Source: Octopus vulgaris
Lineage: Eukaryota
Assembly (NCBI GenBank): GCA_951406725.2
Contig: OX597826.1
Location: 45,136,001 to 45,200,000 of the forward strand
Length of the DNA stretch: 64,000 nt
Direction: 5' to 3'
The translations under genes were made by a program, and so were the position numbers. Each line of letters starts with the position of its first letter. Position 1 is the stretch's first letter. Below the pieces are notes generated by a model, which did not search any database, was not told the origin of the DNA, and saw only the letters and a list, made by a program, of their open reading frames with translations. This document shows, one piece after another, positions 1-11,783 of the stretch.

Positions 1-71
1 CATCGTAAATTTGATTAGTCTTCATCAGCTGGATTTACCTGGACAATACTTCAAATACTCTCTCTCTCTCT

Positions 72-272
72 CTCTTTTACTTGTTTCAGTAATTTGACTG
101 CGGCCATGCTGCAGCACCGCCTTTAGTCGAGCAAATCGATTCCGGGATTTATACTTTGTAAAACCCAGTACTTATTCTATCGGCTCCTTTTGCCGAACTG
201 CTAAGTGACAGGGACATAAACACACCAGCATCGGTTGTCAAGCGATGTTGGGGGACAAACACAGACACATAT

Positions 273-338
<66 letters not shown>

Positions 339-499
339 GACGGGTTTCTTTCAGTTTCCTTCTACCAAATCCACTCACAAGGCTTTAGTTGGCTCATGGC
401 TATAGTAGAAGACACCTGCTCAAGGTGCCACGCAGTCGGACTAAACCCGGAACCATATGGTTTGTAAGCAAGCTACTTACCACACAGCCACTCCTACGC
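72..499 (-). mobile_element. tRNA-derived SINE, family C (internal microsatellite), full length
   Basis: Reverse complement matches the + copy at 30874-31300: head GGAGTGGCTGTGTGGTAAG..GGTTCCGGGTT, internal (CA)n(TA)n, tail ..GACTGAAACAAGTAAAAGAG. TTCAAAT occurs on both sides (50-56, 501-507). Confidence 0.9.
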
Positions 500-585
500 T
501 TTCAAATGTTGCTACATCAATACCAGTATACTCGCCTGAACGCTTAGCCGTTACTAGACCGAGAACACTGAAACCGTTAGTAGCC

Positions 586-696
586 TTGTTGTTGTCTTTT
601 GTTCCTTCTCGAGCCGTGCAAGGACCATAAGGGCCGGTTTTCCGCTTTCATTGGCGTATAGGTTTCCCGCCTGGACGGGATGCCAGTCCGTTGCAA
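586..696 (-). mobile_element. probable 3' fragment of a further SINE-like repeat with (AAC)n tail
   Basis: GC-richer block starting at TTGTTGTTG. Single copy in the window, so the call rests on resemblance only. Confidence 0.35.
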
Positions 697-771
697 ATAG
701 AAGCCTAAATACTCAAATAAAGAAAATTTATCCACCAATGTGGTGTTGAACACTCATTCTCATTGTTCGAC

Positions 772-818
<47 letters not shown>

Positions 819-1087
819 CGCACACACATACACATATACACAATCACACACACATATACACACATGTATATATACACACACACATTTGTGTGTGCGAGGC
901 TACCATAGCACGATAGTATTGTAGACAGTTTTATCTAAAGAAAAAAAAAATCACTCACAACACTATGCTAGAAGACGCCCTAAATGCGAAACAGTAGGAT
1001 TGAAACCAAGACCATCCCATACACATACATATGTATATAGATATATGCATAAACATACAGTTATATATAAGTAATATCATTGTATAC

Positions 1088-1272
1088 TGGTTTCAAATTT
1101 TAGCACAAGGCCAGCAACTTCGGTGGATGGGTAAGTCGATTACTTCGACTCCACTGCTCAACTGCTACTTATCGACTGGGAAATGATAAAAGTCAAAATC
1201 GACCTAGGTGCTATTTGAACTCAGAACGTTAAGACGGCCGAAATGCCGGTAAGTATTTCGCTCGGCCTGCTA
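1088..1272 (-). mobile_element. SINE family D (Nin/Deu-like central domain), diverged
   Basis: TTTGAACTCAGAACG..GACGG.CGAAATGCC..AAG.ATTT matches the family D copies at 46993-47207 and 60311-60574. Confidence 0.8.
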
Positions 1273-2019
1273 AAATCTTTCATCTCTTTCTTATGTCATT
1301 GTATATTAATATCAATATTAAAGTGGTGAAAGGCACCTTGTGCTAATATTTGATACCAATATTATATGTTAAAAGTCATTTTGTGTCAAATTTATGTTTC
1401 CTTGTGTTTATGTGGATGTCTGTGCTTGTGTGCGAGTAGTTCATGTTTTTGTACCGTAATGTTTGAATATTACTGCTGCCCTTGTGGCGAATAAAGAAAA
1501 TCATTGTAATTATCAACATAATGATTATTATCTTTGATACCCTATGATATTGCTATTATAATTTAAGAACCATAAATAACTATTATTGCACTAAACACCA
1601 AATAGTAACTGTATAAAGCCAGCATTATGATTGTCTATTAACTATTAAGTCGATAACCATCCGTCAATCAGTCATTTTTATTGTTACTTTTGTTAAGTTT
1701 AATTGATGGTTAAAACATCAAGTGAGAGAAAACAAATTTAGAAAATGTAATTTGCTTTGATTTATAGTTTTTGGTCCAAGGTTCAGAAAAATTTAGCGAT
1801 TTTTTTTAAGGCCATATTTTTTTCTTTCTTTCATCTAAAGTATATCTGATGATTATGACATCTGAATATTCTAGAAGTTAATTTACGTGGAAATTGAGTT
1901 TAAATTGCAAATAAAAACATGTTTGGTAATTAATGCAAAAATATTTCATATTTCTTTTTTTTTTTTTGCATATTTAATCGAAAATTAAAATTTAGATTTA
2001 GTTTCACTGCTGCTACAGC

Positions 2020-2051
2020 GCTGTGAAATTCCGCTAGTGGAATTTCACAGC
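2020..2051. repeat. 32-bp near-perfect palindrome
   Basis: GCTGTGAAATTCCGCTAGTGGAATTTCACAGC (one G.T pair), extendable by GCTAC/GTAGC. Confidence 0.9.
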
Positions 2052-2099
2052 ACAGTAGCTAGCATTGGATCTTCTGTGGAGCAGTGTCAGCGACCAGGT

Positions 2100-2350
2100 C
2101 GCAGACAGTGTGACGAAAGTTTTGACACCAAGTAATAATTGGTTAACTGAAGATCACAGCTTCCATGTGTTTTTCAATGGCTAAAATGAGTCAATGCTTT
2201 AGTTCTAACTCGCACTCTCGGATCAAAACACTTTCCAGACAAATTTAACTCTTAAAAGACTAAAAAGTTTCAATCTGAAGAAGATAACAACTGTGCAATA
2301 ACTACAGAAAATTATATTGTTCTACTGAAATTGCATACATGGAAGATTAC
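2100..2350 (+). pseudogene. very decayed Penelope-like 3' end (GIY-YIG C-terminus) followed by a degenerate hammerhead-like motif
   Basis: Frame reading LTRTLGSKHFPDKFNS* resembles the LIFxLGTLxPxGLN end motif. It is followed by CTGAAGA..AACAA/TTGTT..GAAATTGCATAC at about 2276-2340. Confidence 0.3.
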
Positions 2351-3352
2351 AACACATTTTTGACAGTGTATAGTCTTCAGGATTTCCTAATAACCACCTT
2401 CCATTCCAATATTGTGTTATATACGCGACTCTTTTGTTATTCACATAATATATATATATATAATATTTCCAAAACCTCATAAAATGGGTTTGGAAGAGTT
2501 AATTTCCAACATTGTAATGCGGAATCTATAACAATCTGTGCATTTAAGTGTATTGATAACAGTTAGAGGCGGTTAGCTACCGGTCTGCTTTGGCAAAGCA
2601 TTCGTTAGTTACGTTCAACAGATACAAAACGAGCCTAATGTCTCACATTGAAATTAATTTCGTACAACTTAATATTATTCTTATTCTGTTTAGTAAACAG
2701 TGGCTTATAAAAATTCGATTAGTTTAATTAATCCTTTCTATGTAAAAGTAATATAATTCCATTTCTTCAATCTAGCACGCCCTACTCAAGGGTCATAACG
2801 TAGCATGCGATCTATTGACAAACTATTTTCTTCGCTTACATAGAAACAATAAGAGCTTCGCCATTGTTTAATTAATCTTATCAAAAGAGTTACACGACGT
2901 AAAAGAAAAGGGTGCATTTCTCTGAGATAAAATTACCAGTAATCCTTGTCTGCGAGAAGCTCACGATTCCTGGCTAGTGAGTCCAATAGATACAATCGAT
3001 TGGAAATGCCAACTAATCTCCTTGCATTGACTAATCTAAATTTTGTGAAAGATGTCAACACTTCAGTAGACACGGCATTTATAGCTGATAGCGTATTCTA
3101 TACAAATACTTCCTTAAGTTTATTGATTTCTTCATAATCATGCCTCTTTCTACACTGATGCCACAGTCGCACATACTCATCGGAGCTTTGTCTATATATT
3201 TCTCTGTCTTTCCATCTGTATAAGGACATACATAATGTCTGCTTCTGATCACAAAAGCATCCTTTTACTATGGTTATACATAGATACGTTCAGTATGCTA
3301 GCTGAATAGACACACAACTATAAAGCCAGACATACGTACATCCATACACACA

Positions 3353-3431
<79 letters not shown>

Positions 3432-3462
3432 TTATCTATCTATCTATCTAGATAAAGCCAAA

Positions 3463-3540
<78 letters not shown>
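3353..3540. repeat. head-to-head (TATC)n / (GATA)n inverted microsatellite pair
   Basis: (ATCT)n 3353-3449, short spacer GATAAAGCCAAA, (ATAG)n 3463-3540. Confidence 0.95.
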
Positions 3541-3542
<2 letters not shown>

Positions 3543-3551
3543 ATACAAACA

Positions 3552-3771
3552 CGAGAGGAAGTCAAAAATTATCCGCACTTTCGCCATAGCATATCATTAT
3601 TATGACACTGCCTTCTATGCATGTGGGCTTATAGTTGATACTATTGTTGTCACGCGATCGAAGTTTTCGGCCTGATAGCGTCATTTTTCTTTCTGGCTTT
3701 ACAGTGTAAGCATGGCCACTCCGCTAGCAATATGTACCAAAGAAGAACAAAGAGCACTGATCCGATTTCTC
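3552..3771 (+). mobile_element. mariner transposon 5' fragment (TIR plus transposase N-terminus)
   Basis: Mariner-type end CGAGAGGAAGTCAAAAATTATCCGCAC. ATG at 3712 gives MATPLAICTKEEQRALIRFL, matching the mariner EQRAVIRFL N-terminal motif. Confidence 0.75.
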
Positions 3772-3978
3772 ATATATATTTGTGTGTTCAAAGACATCAT
3801 CAAACTCCCTTAATTGTTGCAGCTAGTCGTTGGCGTGCTACTCTGGATGCCTTTGCATTCAGCTGCCACTACTGGTCGCTGTTGTAAGACTTATGTAACA
3901 GAGTCGCGGTGTTATGACCTGTCAGGTATACACAGAATACCCTTATTTCAGGGTATTTTTTAAACTTTTTCCCAAATT

Positions 3979-4647
3979 TTAATCTTGAGTGTTCGTATAT
4001 GCCATGACAATGTTGGCAAAAGTAGTCGCTACCCTTGTTCCCATCGCCGTGCCCGACATTTGTCTATAAGTGTTTTCGTTGAAATTGAAGAAGTTGTTCT
4101 GTAGAATGAACCTTATTCCTTCAACGATGAATTCTTTTCCGATTCTGTCAGGAATGTCATTTGGGAATTTTTCCAGCCAGTATTGTATGGCTATTATTCT
4201 GTACTCGTGAGGAATCGACCTGTAGAGGTTTATTACTTCGAATGAAATCAGGAGGGTCTCTTTGCTGGTTTTGTTCGGGAGATGGTTTAAAAAGTCCAGA
4301 TCATCCCGTATAAAGCTCGGTATATGTTGGAGAATAGGTTTGAGGAGGACGTCAATAAAATTACTGAGTCTGTGTGTCTCACAAGAGGGACCGGCCACAA
4401 TTGGTCTCATTTTGAGATCTCTCGGGTGCGGAATATTTATGACTATAGAGGTTGACTTGTTACAGGCTTCGTTTATGGCCTCACTTTTGTGGATTTTGGG
4501 AAGTCCATAGAAGTTACTGGTTTTGCAGTCAAATCTAGCCAAGTAGTCTCTCTGCTTTTGTGTTAAACCTTGTTGGAATTGTTGGAGAAGGGTCGACAGC
4601 TTGGTCATTATCTTGGATTGACTGTAGTTGTTTGACCTTGCATTCAA
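3979..4647 (-). pseudogene. Penelope-like retroelement reverse transcriptase fragment (222-aa open frame, truncated at both ends)
   Basis: Motifs FYGLPKIHK, MRPIVAGP, SF(D>E)VINLYRSIPH, LQNNFFNFN..YRQMSGTAMGT. The frame ends before the YxDD motif. Confidence 0.93.
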
Positions 4648-4835
4648 TGTTTATGTGTGAGTGTTGTTTGCCCGTACACGTGTAAAATATTATTGCTTAT
4701 GTACAAATTCAATTACTATAAACCGATGCATTTAATTGCATTAGCAGTTTTAATGCACCGCTTTATTTAAATCATTATAAAGGATTAATTCAATGGCTAA
4801 ATGAATGCAAATGTATCTTCACATGAATTTGTTTT

Positions 4836-5657
4836 TCTTTTTCACTTGTTTCAAACATTAGACTGTTGCCATTGTGAAGAATTGCTACGAAGAATATAGC
4901 CCAATAAATCCATCTCAGTACTTTCTTTATTAAAAGTCTGGTACTTATTCTATCAATTTCTTACTCTATCAATTTCTTTCACAGAACTGCTAAGTTACGG
5001 GGACTTAGAACTTTGAAGGCGGCGAGCTGGTAGAAACGTTAGCACACCGGGCGAAATGCTTAGCGGTATTCCGCAGAGGTCGACTTTGCCTTTCATCCTT
5101 ACGGGGTCGATAAATTAAGTACCAGTTACGCACTAGGGTCGATGAAATCAACTTAATCCGTTTGTCTGTCCTTGTTTGTCCTTTCTGTGTCTAGTCCCTT
5201 GTGGGTAGTAAAGAAATAGGTATTTCGTCTGCCGTTAGATTCTGAGTTGAAATTTCGCCGAGGTCGACTTTGCCTTACATCCTTTCGGATTCGATAAATT
5301 AAGTACCAGTTACGCAGTGGGGTCGATGAAATCGACTTAATCCGTTTGTCTATCTTTGTTTGTCCCCTCTACGTTTAGCCTCTTGTGGCAATAAAGAAAT
5401 TAGTTAAGAGGGCGTAAACAAACGTATACCAAATGGTGAGGTTGACAAACGCAACAGAAATACATTCTAACACAACAAACGACACACGTACACACACAAA
5501 CATACACAAGTACACTCACACACACATACACATACATGTATATACGACAAGGAGGTTAGCTCGAGACTAGAGCAGAAGGCAATTGCCGATGGCGACGCGC
5601 AGTGGGACTGAAACCGAAACTTCGTGATTGCAAACTGAGCTTTTAAACCGCACTGCC
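4836..5657 (-). mobile_element. diverged family C SINE interrupted by a family D dimer
   Basis: Tail ACTTGTTTCA..GAACTGCTAAGTTACGGGGAC (4836-5005) resumes at about 5400. Head GCAGTGGGACTGAAACC near 5600-5657. Confidence 0.7.
5017..5400 (+). mobile_element. tandem dimer of family D SINE
   Basis: Two units with GAGGTCGACTTTGCCTT.CATCCTT.CGG..TCGATAAATTAAGTACCAG, joined at AGAAATAGGTATTTCG (about 5219). Confidence 0.92.
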
Positions 5658-5675
5658 TTTGTATATTATTATTTA

Positions 5676-6068
5676 CGAGCAAAACGCCCCCCCTCCCCAC
5701 CGTCCAATGGACGGTGCTGAGTTGTCAAACATTTAAACAAAATTTTCTCAAAACTATTTGTCCGACCGTGCCATAGGACTCCCCTTTGAGAAACACAGAT
5801 TTTACCTAAATTTGAGACACCAGCAAAAGAAGAAATTAAGATATCGATCGCAACAGCTGAGGTACTTGCGCGTACAAATGCACGTTTCCACGGCTTTATC
5901 GATCACATTCTCACCTTGAATTTTTGTAATTTTTGTAATGTTTTCAAGACTTATACACGCCCTGATACCGTCGGTATCTGCATATCAAATTTGAGCGCAA
6001 TGGGATGGAGGATGCCCTAGATCCTAGAAGATATACACACACAGACAGAACGGATTTTATATGATAGA
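5676..6068 (-). mobile_element. non-autonomous Helitron
   Basis: Minus strand begins A|TCTATCATATAAAATCCGTTCTGTCTGTGTG. Subterminal hairpin CACCGTCCA-A-TGGACGGTG at 5698-5716. Ends CTCG|T, a CTAG variant. Confidence 0.75.
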
Positions 6069-6249
6069 TTCGCTTACGCTTACTACCTTCACGAAATACC
6101 ACTTATAAAAATATAACCATTGAGGAGATCTGGTAAGTGCTGTCTTATTGACATCCTTATAAAAAAATTGGTTAGGTTTTCCGCTTAGTGAACTTGGTTT
6201 CTTGGTCATTTCAAATATCAACATTAACAGAATTGTATTATTGACCAAC

Positions 6250-6900
6250 GAGAAATCAAAGTTTTCATTGACGTAGTATAGAACTGAGACATATATTTAT
6301 AAATTAAACACTCAACAAGCGAGTCAGTATTCCGTCACACAGTGTTAGAAATCTGTAACTTCAAAACGGAAGAGATTAGGAAAGATCCTTCAAGTTTTAA
6401 AGATAGATCGAGAGAAAAGAACAATCTGTGAGAGTAAGTTTATGTTTGAATTCATCATAAATTGGACAACTTCAATGTATCTTGTCATGGATGTCTACAG
6501 AACTAAGAAGAATATATCCCTAGATGTATGAACAATATTCTATAAAAGCTTGACCTGTAACCACAAGAGATCGATACAAAATGACTAATATAGGAATGAT
6601 TTATCGCAGAAAATATTTCATAAGCTGTGCGCGACATAGCACGGAAAGAAGTAATAAATATCATATTATACTTCCAGTTCCCTACCATATAGATGAATAT
6701 ATGAAATGTATCTTATCTAGATATTCTTATTCCATAACTAATGCAGTAGATAGCTGTTACAAATATTGTTAATTCTAAGCTGTTCCACGTGTTCATAGTT
6801 TTGTAATAAATATGATTATAAAAAAGAAATATATTCTCTCCGAGGTTGTCAGATATTTAGCACAAAGTAAGAGTAATAGTATTAGTTGTTATTTGTTCTT
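6250..6900 (+). pseudogene. decayed Penelope-like thumb/linker region
   Basis: ILPVPYH...SRYSYSITNAVDSCY resembles the PLE linker (LRLPY..ISxAVxxCY). Many stop codons. Confidence 0.4.
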
Positions 6901-7096
6901 TTTAAGAGGCGATCACGGTTTCAAATATTGTTTAGAATAATCGTAGGTTTACTACAGTGACTGTGCCGTAAAACCGAAGGGGAAATATTTCTTTCTTGAA
7001 CCGATAGCTTTGTTAACTATGTTAACTACAACACTATACAACACTAAGAAGACCACCGACAATACAATGGTTATAATAGGAAATCCATGCATACGT

Positions 7097-7135
<39 letters not shown>

Positions 7136-7166
7136 CAATATGTATATATTGTGTAGACTTATACGT

Positions 7167-7552
7167 GGAGGCGCAATGGCCCAGTGGTTAGGGCAGCGGA
7201 CTCGCGGTCATAGGATCGCGGTTTCGATTCCCAGACCGGGCGTTGTGAGTGTTTATTGAGCGATAACACCTAAAGCTCCACGCAGCTCCGGCAGGGGATG
7301 GTGGTGATCCCTGCTGTACTCTTTCACCACAACTTTCTCTCACTCTTCCTTCCTGTTTCTGTTGTACCTGTATTTCAAAGGGCCGGCCTTGTCACTCTCT
7401 GTGTCACGCTGAATATCCCCGAGAACTACGTTAAGGGTACACGTGTCTGTGGAGTGCTCAGCCACTTACACGTTAATTTCACGAGCAGGCTGTTCCGTTG
7501 ATTCGGATCAACCGGAACCCTCGTCGTCGTAACCGACGGAGTGCTTCCATCC
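7167..7552 (+). mobile_element. tRNA-derived SINE, family A, full length with TSD
   Basis: A box TGGCCCAGTGG, B box GTTTCGATTCC. Near-identical to 33598-33966 and 39954-40325. TSD AGACTTATACGT / AGAATTATACGT. Confidence 0.95.
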
Positions 7553-7799
7553 AGAATTATACGTTAACGAAACATAACTTGTAGTGCTGGCTCTTAACTC
7601 AATAGAAAAATCTATGGGGGGAAACTTAAAGAGGAGAATATCGCACTGCTAACACAAACTACGACACAATATTGACCTGTAAACCTTTAATACATTTGAT
7701 AGTATATTATGGCTGCAAAATGAAATACTGTATCCTTACCAGCAATTAATACGCACATATCTATTATCTATCTATATTCATTTTTTTCTTTCTTATTCT

Positions 7800-8203
7800 G
7801 TTTACTTCTTTCGGTCATTTGATTGCGGCCATGCTGGAGCACCACCTTTTGGTGGAAGAAATCTACTCCTAGACTTATTCTTTTTTAAGCCTGGTACTTA
7901 TTCTATCGTTCGCTTCTGCCGAACCGCTAAGTTGTCAAGTGAGGGAGTGGGGACAAACACAGACGCGCACACACACAGACACAGACACACACACAGACAC
8001 AGCCATATACACACACACAGACACACACACAGACACACACACACATACACACACATATACAACGAGTTTCTTTCAGATTCCGTCTACCAAATCGACTCAC
8101 TGTGCACTGGTCGGCCCGAGGCTAAAATAGACTACACTTGCACAAGATGCCACGCAATGGGACTGACCCGGCAGCCATGTGGTTGGGAAGCAAGCTTCTA
8201 CAC
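7800..8203 (-). mobile_element. family C SINE
   Basis: GCGGCCATGCTGGAGCACC, GAACCGCTAAGTT, internal (CA)-rich tract, TTTCAG.TTCCGTCTACCAAATC, GGGACTGA.CCCGG. Confidence 0.85.
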
Positions 8204-8222
8204 CAAAATCAGCTTGCTCAAC

Positions 8223-8270
8223 CAGTGGGATGCAAGCATTTCGGAGTGCTTATCTCCTATTCAGCTACAG
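8223..8270 (-). ncRNA. degenerate type I hammerhead-like motif
   Basis: Minus strand reads CUGUAG-CUGAAUA-GGAG-AUAAGCA-CUCC-GAAA-UGCUUGCA-UC-CCACUG. G8 is mutated and stem I has two mismatches. Confidence 0.5.
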
Positions 8271-8814
8271 AACCGGGCAGAGTGCGCTGCGAGGTTATAA
8301 GAGAGAGTGTCTCTCTTATGATATTTCCAACATCGAACAATACCTGGTATCGCTAATCGGCGGCTCACCGTAAACAAATTATGGGGTGGTAACCCTAAGT
8401 AGTGTGTAAAAATACAAGGTTATAACCAGTTCAGATATGCTTATTTATAAAGGCGTGATGCCAAGTGATAAGGATAATGACTTGTGATCATAACTTTTGG
8501 TTTTGATTCCTGAAACAAGTGATTCGTATTCTTATTTTAAGCATTTCGTTTCAAGCTTTCATCTGTCTACTCAGCTGAAGATAGATATCATCTGAGCTCT
8601 CCTTCCCTCCTCCAGCTATTACACCCTTAACGTTCGACTGAACGAAAGCGTCGTACTTGCCGCCAAATCATACCCATTTGCGAGTGTCATCTATGTTTCT
8701 TCGTTTTTTATCAATCAGCATATATATGTATGTGTGTGCATGTGCGTATACCTATCTAACTGCATATACATACATACATACATATATACATACATACATA
8801 CATATATACATACG

Positions 8815-8877
<63 letters not shown>

Positions 8878-8878
8878 T

Positions 8879-9193
8879 GAGACCCCCTTCGGTCATGACT
8901 TACCATGGGATTGCACCTGGAAAGTACCCTCCTAGGAACAAGTCCTGGCAAGGTTGTTTATAGAAGACCAGCAGTCGCCCATGTTTACGGCCTCCCCTCT
9001 AGATGCCACCAGTGTTATCCGATACAGCTTGGCACCTGTGACGTCGCAACTCATTTCTACAGCTGAGTGAAATGGAGCAACGTGAAATAAAGTGTCTTGC
9101 TCAAGAACACAACACGCAGCCCGGTTTGGGATTCGAGCTCACAACCTGACGTTCGTAAGCTCGATCTCTAACTACTGAGCCATGCGCCTTCAC
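8879..9193 (-). mobile_element. tRNA-derived SINE, family B (Meta-like central domain)
   Basis: Reverse complement matches 54009-54344 (TGGCTCAGT..GAGCTCGAATCCC..TTGTGTTCTTGAGCAAGACACTTT..GACCGAAGGGGGTCTC). Confidence 0.92.
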
Positions 9194-9304
9194 ACATATA
9201 TATACATATATATATATATACATATATATATACATATATATGCATATATATATGTATATATATGTATATATATGTATATATATGTATCTATGCATATATA
9301 TATG

Positions 9305-9337
<33 letters not shown>

Positions 9338-9547
9338 ATGTGTATATATATATACATATATATATGTATGTATGTATGTATGTATTTATTTGCATATATA
9401 TATATATCCCCATATGCATCTATCTCTCAAAGCATATATATATGCACGTATGCGTATGTAAGTATGTATATATAAATGTATATGATGTACATACATATAT
9501 GTCATATACATATTTACGCATACTCATACACACATTAGCACACACAC

Positions 9548-9587
<40 letters not shown>

Positions 9588-9590
9588 ACA
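9194..9590. repeat. compound (TA)/(TATG)/(CA) microsatellite field
   Basis: Directly visible. Confidence 0.95.
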
Positions 9591-10019
9591 TGTCTGTATG
9601 CGCAGTGGTGCTACATATAGAGTCTTCTTTTACTTCAGATAGGTAAGATATACAATTACTACCTCAGAAACATAAATAAATAAAGAAGAAGCAAAAATAT
9701 GTAAACGTCGGCCAACCTTTCAGGAGAACAGATAACTACATATTCAAAAGTATTGCTCATATATCAGAGACTGCCTACATAATACATATAGATTCTATAA
9801 CAGATCCAAAGAAAATGAAAAGCGACCAACCTATAGATAAGTGTTCGCACATTACCATTTTACAAATAGTGTTATGTTGTTTCTTTGTGTTTCTCTGTTT
9901 CAACTACAACTGTCTTTACACTACTCCCCAGATAAAACCTTTTGACTTTTCTCATTATCTCATTCCTACTATTGTTCAGCATTCTAAACTAAAAGTTATC
10001 ACTACATAGTCCCCTCTTC

Positions 10020-10165
10020 CTTTCTCTGTCTGTCTGCCTCTCTCTCTCTTTCTCTCTCTCACACACATACATACACGCTTTCTTTCGCTCTCTCTCTCTC
10101 CCTCACACACACACACACATGCTCTCTCTCTCTTATACACACTTCCCCTCTCTTTTTCTTTTTTG

Positions 10166-10201
<36 letters not shown>

Positions 10202-10246
10202 TGCTCTCTCTCTCTTACACACTCTGCCCTCTCTTTTTCTTTTTTG

Positions 10247-10277
<31 letters not shown>

Positions 10278-10425
10278 TTTCTCTTTCTCACACATACGCA
10301 CACAAACTCAGACACACACACACACACACACGCACAGACACATACACTCATTCTCTTTCTCTATCACTCTATCACTCTCTCTCTCTCCCCCCTCTCTCTC
10401 TCCCCTCTCTCTCTCTCCCTCTCTG
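10020..10425. repeat. (CT)/(CA) low-complexity tract containing an 82-bp tandem duplication
   Basis: ACATGCTCTCTCTCTCTTA.ACAC..CCCTCTCTTTTTCTTTTTTGCTCTC occurs at about 10117 and 10199. Confidence 0.85.
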
Positions 10426-10686
10426 GATCTATCTTTCTTGCTACGGTACTCGCTTCAATAGTTTCGGTGATTTATATAGATTTCTGTACGTTAGTTTCCC
10501 TGGTTCTTACTCTATCGATAGCTTTTAGTCAAATAATAAAGTCTTATTGGGCGTAAGGAGATGTAACTCAGATGGAACAAATATCACAAGATATTTTTTG
10601 TTGGATACACCGAAATACCACCAATAGAAATCCAACTCACACACACATGCACATACACTCATATATGTACAGTATATGTGTGTGTT

Positions 10687-10810
10687 TGTGGACGCATGAC
10701 CAAGTGGTTAGGGTGTTGCACTCACGATCGCAGGATAGTGGTTTCAATTCCTTGACTGGATGGTGCATTGTGTTCTTGGGCAAACCACTTAATCTCACGT
10801 TGCTCTGCGA
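10687..10810 (+). mobile_element. 5' part of a family B-related SINE
   Basis: CGCATGACCAAGTGGTTAGGG..GGTTTCAATTCC..TTGTGTTCTTGGGCAAA.CACTT. Confidence 0.7.
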
Positions 10811-10859
10811 CGATCATATATATATATGTAATACACTTATGTTGAAACAGGTGAAACAG

Positions 10860-11433
10860 GTAAGTGCAGCATTGACGACAAAACATTTCTGGAGTAAATT
10901 TTAAAGCTCTGCATAAACGACAATTTGAGTTTAACATACCAATTTAGACAGAATTATCATTTTTTTAAAGAATGGCATGGATCGTATCTGAAAGGAATTC
11001 CAGGTGTTGGTAAGAATGGATTTGTATGTGGTCTGTTTCTGAGAGTTATTCTATTGGACCTCTGTGTAATCCGGCGTGATGAATGTTGTTTTTATGATTC
11101 AGCATTAAGTGGTGCAGCACGCCTTCGCTGATCTTGAGAAAGTCTCATCTCCCTTCTGTCTTGGGATTGCATTTGATGTGCAACAGCATGCCTTCGCTGA
11201 TCTTGAGAAAGTCTCCTCTCCATTCTCTCTTGAGACTGCATTAGACGTGCTGCAGAATGCGTTTGGTGATCTTTGAAAAGTGTCATGTCTCTTCCGACGT
11301 GCTGCAGCACGTCTTTGCTGATCTTGAGAAAGTCTCATGTCTCTTAACTCTTGAGACTCTCACCATCGATGTTCTACACTCCTTGCTTTAAAAGTGTTTC
11401 TGGAGAGATTATGTTTTTTTTCTTTTGTAGCAT
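10860..11433 (-). pseudogene. Helitron RepHel N-terminal pseudogene fragment
   Basis: MLQKKKKHNLSRNTFKAR, 23-aa repeats RLSQDQRR.A, PFRYDP, then IGMLNSNCRLCRALKFTPEMFCRQCC (Helitron CxxCxALKW/FxxE..CC zinc motif). Contains frameshifts. Confidence 0.8.
11110..11360. repeat. 69-bp coding tandem repeat (about 3.7 units)
   Basis: TTCGCTGATCTTGAGAAAGTCTC at 11124 and 11193, diverged copies at 11262 and 11314. Confidence 0.9.
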
Positions 11434-11708
11434 ATTTCTTTTAATATTTTAAACAAAAAATTATCATCATAGAAAGAAATATACATTAACCTCTGTTTTT
11501 GTAAGTAGCTGCGTGTATGCAGATTGTCTATATTTTTGTATGCAATGTAAATTAACCAAATATAAGCAAATTGTAAATACCTTGCAGCCTTGCAACTGCT
11601 GTGATAATCATGAACTGCTAATTGAACGGTAGATGTGTAATTTTATATACCCTGGACCTCCCACGTAATTGTATTTTGACAAGAGTTTCACCTCCAGCCA
11701 TTCTTGTC

Positions 11709-11783
<75 letters not shown>

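Noticed and set aside
2700-3137. 63-aa ORF and a possible BEL/Pao-like remnant on the minus strand (HPFLLRRVTLLIRLI)
   Set aside because: A single weak motif with no supporting domains.
7167-7240. tRNA-like sequences here and at 33598, 54009 and 30874
   Set aside because: A and B boxes are present, but they continue into conserved SINE bodies (with TSDs at 7167 and 33598). They are not stand-alone tRNA genes.
10850-10866. CAG|GTAAGT as a recursive splice site
   Set aside because: No polypyrimidine tract upstream (TTGAAACAGGTGAAACAG), and it lies at a TE junction.
11110-11360. Regularly spaced 23-bp conserved blocks resembling a CRISPR array
   Set aside because: The intervening sequences are homologous to each other and the 69-bp unit encodes Helitron peptide repeats. 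Eukaryotic context, no cas genes.
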